Shown here piece by piece: positions 28,988-37,900 of a DNA stretch of 64,000 bases (position 1 is its first letter; every line of letters starts with the position of its first letter). Under the pieces are notes generated by a model. It was given only the letters and a program-made list of their open reading frames with translations. It had not been told where the DNA came from and made no database searches. Made by a program: the position numbers and the translations under genes. This stretch comes from Dechloromonas sp. (lineage in GTDB: Bacteria; Pseudomonadota; Gammaproteobacteria; Burkholderiales; Rhodocyclaceae), in the NCBI GenBank assembly GCA_016790845.1, contig JAEUOH010000116.1, forward strand, positions 8,305-72,304, given 5' to 3'.

Positions 28988-31900
28988 TCAGGAGGCTTGG
29001 TTGGAATCGGAGCCGGCAGCAGAGTGTACCGCAACCGGGTGCAAGCGCTGCGCTGCGTGGCGCAGTTGCTCGGCAAAGGACGGTGCGGCGGTAAGGCCGG
29101 CCTGGGGGCGGATGATCACCGCGCTGGTCTCCGGAACCTCGGAGAACATTCGCTGCGGATCCGGTGCTTGCCAAGAGGGGTCGTCGAGCAGGCCGTCGGC
29201 AGCGAGGCTGGTCGCGTCGTGGCGGAAGCGGACGCGCATGTCGTCGATCCTGGCCTCGGTCGCCAGGTCGAGCACGGTGCGGCCGACGAACTGGCCGTTC
29301 ACCCGCGCCAGTCCGCGTCCGATCGACTGCGCTTCGATCTCGGGAATCAGGCGCCGGCGGACGTCTGAGCCATCGTCGACGAGGGCCGCCGCCTCGGCCT
29401 GCCGCTGCAGGCCGAGGCGGACGAAGGTGCCGTCGTTGCGCAGGTTGGAAACAGCAAGCTGGCGCTGGATGGCATCGACCATGCGTTCGACGAAGACGAC
29501 AGGCTCGACGTCGGGCAGTGGCGTCAGCGCGCCGACATCCTGGTGCTCCCTGCCCCAGAACGGCCCCGACGACGGCTCCTGGTAGGGCGCCGTCATGTCG
29601 AGAGTGACGACAAGCTGGGCCTGGTCGGTGGCACCGGCGGTGTCGCGCATCGTGTAGGTGAACACGTCGCTGAGTATGCGTCCCGCGCCGGCCGCGTTGG
29701 CCACGTCCGGGTTGGTCGTATCGATCGTGTACGTCCAGGAACCGTCCGGGTTCAGCACCAGGGTACCGTAGCGGCCCAACAGTGCCGTGCCGACCATGCC
29801 GGCGTTGCCGGTGCCGGACTCGGGCCCGGTGCGCACGCCAATCACCGTCCTGGTGTCGCCGCCATCGACGTCACTGTCGTTGGGCAGCACGTTGCCGCTG
29901 GTGACCGGCGCGGTGCCGGCATCGGTGGCGAGGCCGGTGTCGTCGCGGGCCACCGGGTTGTCGTTGGCACCCCGGATGGTGATGCTTAGCGTTGCGGTTG
30001 CCGTCGCGCCGAGTGCGTCGCTGACGGTGTAGACGAACTGCTCGGAAAGCGTTTCAGCCGGGGTACGCAGCGCTTCGACGACCGGATTGCCGTTGTCGAC
30101 CACATAGGTGTAGCTGCCGTCGGCATTCAGCGTCAGCGTGCCGTAGCGCCCGGTAGTCAGGCCTCCGACGGTGCCCCCGGCCACCGTAGCCACCGCCTTC
30201 GTCTCGCCGTAGAGATCGACGTCTGTGTCGTTGGCCAGAACGTCGCCAGTCGCGTCGGCACCCGGGGTCGCGTTGGCGATGCCGCCCGCCTCGACGGCGG
30301 TGCCGGCATCGTCGGCAGCGACCGGGTTGTCGTTGGCGCCGGTGATGGTCACGCTGATCGTGGCCGTGTCGCTGGCGCCGTAGATGTCGGATACGGTGTA
30401 GGTGAATTCGTCGACCAGCGTGTCGCCCGCGGTACGCAGCGCCTCGACCAGCGGGTTGGCGTTGTCGACCACGTAGGTGAAGGTGCCATCGGCATTGACG
30501 GTGATCGTCCCGTAGGCGCCGGCCAGCCCGGTGCCCACTGTCCCCGGCACGCCGCTGCCCAGTTCAGGTCCGGTGCGGATCGCGACGACACTGAGCGAGT
30601 CGCCATCGAAATCGACGTCGTTGGCGAGCGCATCGCCAGCGGGGTCGAGGCCCGGCGTGCCATTGGCGACGCCGCCGGCCTCGATCGCCGTCACCCGGAC
30701 CGGCAGTGCGATGGGCGGGTCGTTGCGGCCACGGACCGTAATCGTCAATTGCGCCGTGTCGGTCAACCCCAGGGCATCACGGGTGGTGTACGTGAAGACA
30801 TCGACGACTCGGTCGCTCGGCCCCAGACCCGCAGTCAGGCTGAAATCGACGACGTACTGGTAGCTGCCGTCCGCATTCAGTATCAAATTGCCGTACTGAC
30901 CGAGCAGAGGCGAGCCGAGGATGCCGGCGACCCCGCTGCCGCCCTCCGCGCCAGTACGCACAGCACTGACGGACAAGGCCTCGCCGTAAGCATCGACGTC
31001 CGTATCGGGCGGCTGGAAAAGGAGCGGAATGCCGAGGCCGGTAAGAACGTTGCCGACCGGGTTCAGTCCGGGAATGGCCGGCGGGGGGGAGAGTGTCGGC
31101 GGAAAAGCGAAATTTCGGTCGTTCGTTGCCACCGGATTGTCGTTGGCGCCACGAAGAGTGATCGTTAACTGTGCCGTGTCGGTGGCGCCGGCGGTGTCGC
31201 GCATCGTGTAGGTGAAGGTGTCGGTCAGCGTGTTCGCCAGGAGGCGCAGGGCCTGCACCGCCGCGTTGTCGTTGTCGATGACGTAGGTGTAGGTGCCGTC
31301 GGCGTTCACCGTCAGCGTGCCGTAAGCGCCGGCGAGGCTGCTACCGACAACCCCGGCGGTGCCGCTGCCGCCTTCGCTGCCGGTGCGGATCGCGGTCACC
31401 GTCCGGGTTTCGCCGTAAGCCACGTTGTCGACGTCGGTATCGTTGAACAGGACGTCGCCGGTCGCGTCGCTGCCGGGCGTGCCGTTGTTGACGCCGCCCG
31501 CCTCGACGGCGGTGCCGGCATCGTCGACGGCGACCGGGTTGTCGTTGGCGCCGCGGATGGTGATGATCAGCGTCGCGCCCGCCGTCGCGCCGGCCGTGTC
31601 GCGCATCGTGTAGGTGAAGGTATCCGCCAGCGTGTTCGCCGCCGTGCGCAGCCCCTGCACGACGGCATTCGCGTTGTCTACGACGTAGGTAAAGCTGCCA
31701 TCGGCGTTCAGGGTCAACGTGCCGTAGGTGCCTGCCAGAACGCCGCCGACCATCCCCGCCGTGCCGCCGCTGTTGGCGAAGCCGGCGATGGTCGCGGTCT
31801 CGCCGTTGGCGCTGCTGTCGACGTCGGTGTCGTTGGCCAGCACGTTGCCGGTGGCGTCGCTGCCCGGTGTGGTGTTGGCGACGCCGCCAGCCTCGACGGC

Positions 31901-34900
31901 GATGCCGGCATCGTCGCGCGCGACCGGGTTGTCGTTGGCGCCCTGGATGGTGATGGTCAATTGGGCCAGATCGGTCGCGCCTGCGGTATCGCGCACCGTG
32001 TAGGTGAACGTGTCTGCCAGCGTCTGTCCGCTGGTGCGCAGCGCTTCGACCAAGGGATTGGCGTTGTCGACGACGTACTGGTAGGTGCCGTCGGCAATCA
32101 TCGTCAGCGTGCCATAAGTGCCGGCGAGGCCGATGCCGAGCGTGCCCGCAGTGCCGACGCCCGCCTCGCTGCCGGTGCGGATCGCGGTCACGGTTCTGGT
32201 TTCCCCGTTGGCGACGCTGTCGACGTCGGTATCGTTGACCAGCACGTTGCCAGTCGGATCGGTGCCGGCGATGCCGTTGGCGATGCCGCCGGCCTCGACG
32301 GCAGTCGCAGCGTCGTTCACGCCGACCGGATTGTCGTTCGCCCCCCGGATGGTGACCACGATTTCTGCGGTGTCGCTTTCGCCTTGGTTGTCCGAGACCG
32401 TATAGGTGAAGGTATCGGTCAGCGTCTGGGCGCCGATGCGCAGCGCCTCGACCAGCGGGTTGGCGTTGTCGACGGCGTAGCTGAAGGTGCCGTCGGCGTT
32501 CACCGTCAGCGTGCCATAGGTGCCGGCGAGGCCGTTGCCGACTGTGCCGGCGGTACCGGTGCCCGACGCGTGGCCGGTTCGGATCGCGGTGACGCTCAAC
32601 GGGTCGCCGTCGGGATCGAAATCGTTGGCGGTCACGTCGCCGGTCGGGTCGGTTCCCGGGGTACCGTTGGCCATGCCGCCCGCCTCGACGGCGATCGGGA
32701 ATACATCGCTGGCGACCGGCGGATCGTTGACCCCGACCACGGTAATGATGATCTGCGCCTGGTCGTTCAGTCCCGCCGTGTCGGTCAGCGTGTAGGTGAA
32801 GGTGTCGGTCAGCGTGGCGCCAGCCGGAAGTTGCCAGACGTCGGCATTGCGGCTGTCGACGTCGTAGCTGAAGGAGCCGTCGGCGTTGAGCGTCAGCGAC
32901 CCGTAGGCACCGGCAAGCGTGCTGCCGACGGTACCTGCTGTGCCGCTGCCGGATTCGGCGCCGGTGCGGACTGCGGTGACGCGGAGCAGCGTGTTCGGGT
33001 TGTCGGTGCGGTCGACGTCGGAATCGATGCCATTTCCGGGCGAAGGGATGCCAATCGGGCGGCTGGCGGTCGTGATCACGTTGCCGACCGGGTTGACCTC
33101 GAGCCCCTGCTCGGTGCCGCCGACGACCGTGCCGCCGCTGATCGTGCCGCCGACGATGGACTGCGCCTGGCCGGTGGCGATATCGTCGCTGGCGACCGGG
33201 TTGTCGTTGGCGCCATCGATCGTGATGACCAGTTCGGCAATGTCGGTGAGGCCTTCCTTGTCGCTGACCAGGTAGCTGAACGTCTCCAGCAGCGTATCGC
33301 CGGCGGCGAGCCGCTCGACGTCCGCATTGGCGTTGTCGACGACGTAGCGGTAGCTGCCGTCGGCGCCGATGGTCAGCGTGCCGTAGAGGCCGGCGACGAC
33401 GGTGCCGTTGCCCGAGTCGGTCCCCGGGGCGACGCCATCCATGGTGCCGCCGCCGACCACGGTTTCCGGGCCGGCGCGGATGCCGGTCACCGCGCGGGTC
33501 TCGCCGAAGGCGTCGACGTCGGTGTCGTTGGGGAGCACATTGCCGGTCGCATCGCTGCCCGGCGTACCGTTGCTCACACCGCCCGCCTCGACGGCAATGC
33601 CCGTGTCGTCGGAGCCGACCGGCGCGTCGTTGGCGCCCTGGATGGTGACGGTGATCGTCGCGCCCGACGTGGCGCCGTCCCGGTCGGCTAGCGTGTAGGT
33701 GAAGGTTTCGCTGAGGGTGTTCGCCGTGGTGCGCAGCGCTTCCACCGCCGGATCGGCATTGTCGATGTTGTAGCGGACGCGCCCGTTCGGGAAGACGACT
33801 AGCCGACCATAGTCGCCATCAATCAAAACCGGGTTGATGCTCGGCGCGGGATCGAGGTTGAACGTGGTGCCCCCGAAAGTAATGCTGGTCACCCGCAGCC
33901 GGTCGTTGTTGGTGTCGATGTCGGGGTCGATGTCGTTGGCCAGGATATTGTCGCTGCCGGGAAATCCGGGTACATCGTTGAAGCGCCCGCCCGCCTCGAG
34001 GGCATCCACGACGTCGTCGACGCCTTGCGGAAAGTCGTTCACCGGGGTGATGACGATGTCGATGGTCCCGGTGTCGGTCAGCGCGTCCCCCGGGTTTTCG
34101 CCGGGCATCAGGTTGCCGTTCGCATCCCCGAGCTGGCCGCGGTCGTTGGCGACCACGGTCAGCGTGTCGTTGCCGTTGAAGTCGCGATCGGGCATGTAGG
34201 TCAGCGTCGCCAGCGCCGCGTTGAGCTGGGCGAGCGTGCCCTCGAGGATGAACACCTTGCTGTTCAGGGCGCCGCCGCTGACGCTGCTACCGCTGAGGGC
34301 CGTAATATCGAGGCGGCCATGGGCCGCAGTGACGGTGACCTGAACGGTCCCGTTGCCGGCATCGATGTCGTCGATCGAGATACCGCTGACCGCGACCGGC
34401 GGACCCGGCGGCTGGCCTGGGGTCGCCTGATTGTCCTCGAAAATGGTCAGGGTTCCCGGGACCGTCACCACCGGTGCGTCGTTCTCGCGCACATAGCCGA
34501 AGTCGGCGGTCCCGGTCGCCGCTTCGCCGAAGCCCCCGATCGTGACCTCGCCCAACGGCGCGCCCGAGGTGTCCACGCGGACGTCGGCAGCGTCGACATC
34601 GCCCGCGAAATCGTGGGCGAGCACCGGGTTCGGGGCGGTGATCCGGTACTGCTGCCCGGCCGGCAGGACGCCGAAGCGGTAGCTGCCGTCGGTAGAGGTC
34701 ACCGTGGTGAACAGCCGGTCGTCGCCGCTGTCAAGGATGCCGTCGGCGCCCGCCCAGCGCAGCGTCACCGTGATACCGGCCATGCCCGGGCCGTCCGGCG
34801 TCGCGCTCGACGTCGGGCTGGCCGTATCGTCCCAAAGGATCCCGGTCACGATGCCGAGGCCGGCGCCCTCGCGCACGATGTAGTTGTTGGGCGGGTTGGC

Positions 34901-37900
34901 CGGGCCGGGCGGGCCGTCGCTGCCGACACGCTCGCCGCTCGCAGCGCCGTCCGGTCCCACCGCGGTACCGGCAAAACTGGCGAAAGTCTCGGGCAGGCTG
35001 GTCCACGACAGCGTCGCGTCGGCGCTGTTGTGGATGACGTCGTTGGCGACATCGACCGTGTAAACCAGCCGGATTTTCGCGTTGACCGCAACCGTCGCGA
35101 AATCGGCCGTGATGCCGCCGCCGGCGGTAACGGTGACCCCCGCAGGCAGGCTGCCGGGCAGGTAGTCGGTGCCGTCGATCACCACCTTTTGCAGGACGTA
35201 GTTGCTGCCGCCGCTCATGCCGTCGGCGAGGCGGACGTCGTAGGCCTTGGCATCGCCGGTATTGGAGAAGGACAGGGTCACCGTCGCCGTGCCGCTCGTC
35301 CCGGCCGTGTTCGGATCGAAGTCGGTGACCGTCTTGTCGAGGTCACGCAGCTCCGGCTCGACGATGTTCTCGACTACGGCCTGGGTCTTGTCGATTTGCG
35401 TCGCGCCGCCGCCCGAGTAGAACCTGGCGGACGTGGAAAAACTCTTGCTCGTATCCACCGCCGTCGTGTTGTCGACGCGGGCATTGAAGTCGATGTAGAC
35501 GAACTCGCGGTCGGGGTCGAAGTCGCTGTTGACCAGATTGCCGAGCGAGAAGTTGATCTGGCGTGGGTTGCCTGTGTTGATCACGGCCAGTTCGAGGGCT
35601 GCGGTGGCGGTGTTCGAGATGTCCGCGAGCAGATAGGTCTGCGTCAGGTCGGTGATCTGCCCGATCTGGTTGGCGCTGCCCGTGGTCAGCCCCGCATAGC
35701 CGATGCCCGCATTCGAGACGAAGGCGATGCTCGCGGTGCCGTCATTGACGAAGCTCAGGCCTTCGGGCAGGGAGACGCGCACCGTCGCACCGTCGGTCAT
35801 ACCCTCGGCCAGCGCGAAGGCGGCGCGGTAGCGGATGATCTCGCCGACCGCGACGGTTTGCGGCGCGGTGGTATCGGGCGACGGCGCCGGGGTATCGGGC
35901 AGGCCGCCGACATGGGTCATCGTCGCCCCGGAAACGACGAGCAGCTTGAGGTTGCTCTGCTGCCGGTAGTCGTTCAGCACGCCGCTGTTGAGCAGGCCGT
36001 CGGCCCCTGTGCGTTCGTCAGGCTGGGCCACGCTGCTGGTGCCATCGAGGCTCGTCCATTCCACCGCGGCGGTATTGGTGAAGTCGGCGACGTTGGCGGC
36101 GCTGGCGTTGACCACGCCGCTGACCTTGATCGTGATCGTGCCGCCGGTCGGGACGTCGATATTGGCATTGGCTGCGGTCGCCAGCGTGCGCCCGGTCAGG
36201 GTGAAGTCGGGCCCGCCATTGGCGGTCGCACCGCCGGCGTAGGTCACCGAGTCGATGGCGAGACTGTCCAGTTCGACGGGCAGGTTGTCGAGGAAGCTGA
36301 GGTCGAAGGCGTTGAAGTCGCTAGTGGCGCTGCCGTTACTAATGCTGATCGTGTAGGTCACCGTGTCGCCGGCGTCGACCTGACCAGGCGGGCGCAAGCC
36401 ATTGGTGGCCGCCGCCTGGGTGATCTTCAGCGTCGGCTCGACGATGGTCGCCGTCGGCGCGCTGCCGGTCAATGCGAGCGTGCGGTCGACCGGGGTCGAG
36501 CCGTTGGGGGTGTCGCCGTCGGGGTCGGTGAACGCGGCCTCGGCGCGGTTGACGAGGACGCCGCCGGCCTGGTTGACGGTCACGTTGCCGGCGACCAGGC
36601 GGACGCGTACGACAAAGGCGTTGTTGGTGGTGTCGTTGTCGGCATTGGCGCTCGCGGTGGCCAGTGCCAGGGTGAGATCGACGCCGTCGCCGCCGGGAGC
36701 GGTCAGCGTCCCGGCGCTGACGGTTCCGGCGAAGTCGGCTCCGAGGGCGCCGCTCTGGGCGACCGTGGTCAGGAGCTGGTAGCCGGCATTGCCGTTGAAC
36801 GTGGTGTCGACCCGAAAGCCCGCCGGGACGAGATCGGTGACGCGCAAGCTCTGCGTGCTGCCCTCGGGCAGGGTGACGACGATGTCGAACAGCATCGCCT
36901 CGCCGATGACGAGCTTGCTGCCCGTGGTATGCGTGGCGCTCGAATCGTCGTCGCTCAGCGTGCCGCCGGCATAGCCCTTGGCGACGAGCGGCGAGGCGAC
37001 CTGCTGGTCGGCGGTATCGGTCCGGTCGACCGGGTTGAAATCGGGGCCGCCGTTGGTGCTGGCGTAATTGGTGAGCGCGGCCGTCGTCTGCAGCGTGCGC
37101 GCAGCCGCGACGCCCGCGGCGGCGACGACGTCGTAGGTGATGACGACGATGTTGGCCCCACTCAGGTCGTTGGGCGTGCCGGGACGGCCCGGTAGCAGAC
37201 TCGGCTGATTGGGGATGCCCGGGTCGAGGAAGGTGATTTCGTTGCCCGACACCGAGTAATCCGTCCCGGCGACCAGCAGCGTCCCGTCGCCGCGGCGCAC
37301 CTGCAGGTTGGCCAGCGCGAGGCTGCCGTTGAGGAAGGCGAAGTCCGCCGGCAAGGTGACCGTCGTCGTCACGTCAAAGGCACCGAGCCCCCCGGTGTTT
37401 TCTAGGGCTGTCGCCAGGCGCACGAGGTCGCCACCGTCGATACCGGTGACCGCGCCGTCGATGGCCGACAGGTCGGTGATGCTGCCGGAGAACGACGGAC
37501 CGGCGGTCCCGGCCGCCGCCCACGACCCCGTGGTCCCCGTGACGGTGCCGATGCCGCCCGCAGCGATGGCGACGACACCGTGCCGGACCTCGAGGGCTGG
37601 CTCGGCGATCGACTTGATGACGGCGACGCCTTGCGAGACAAGCTGCTGCTGGACCGGAATCGTGGTCAACTGCGTCGATTGCCCGAGCAAGGTGAGCGAG
37701 CGCTGGTCGGCGAATGGCTGGTTGCCGACTGTCAAAGTGAACTGGACTTCGATGCGGCTGCCGGCGAGCGCGGGGATCGCATAGTCGCCAAAGTCGAAGA
37801 GGATGGCGTTGCCGGCATCGGTGCTCACCGCATCGACCGCGGACGGATCGCTATTGGTGTTGCCAGCGCCGTAGGTCCATTGACCGGAACCCCCTCCCTG

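Noticed and set aside
29600-34050. Long periodic DNA repeats
   Set aside because: Explained as in-frame Ig/VCBS domain repeats of the adhesin, not a non-coding array
31961-37195. Long plus-strand ORFs (576 aa and 1056 aa) opposite the adhesin
   Set aside because: Antisense shadows of a GC-rich, codon-biased gene with no recognisable motifs
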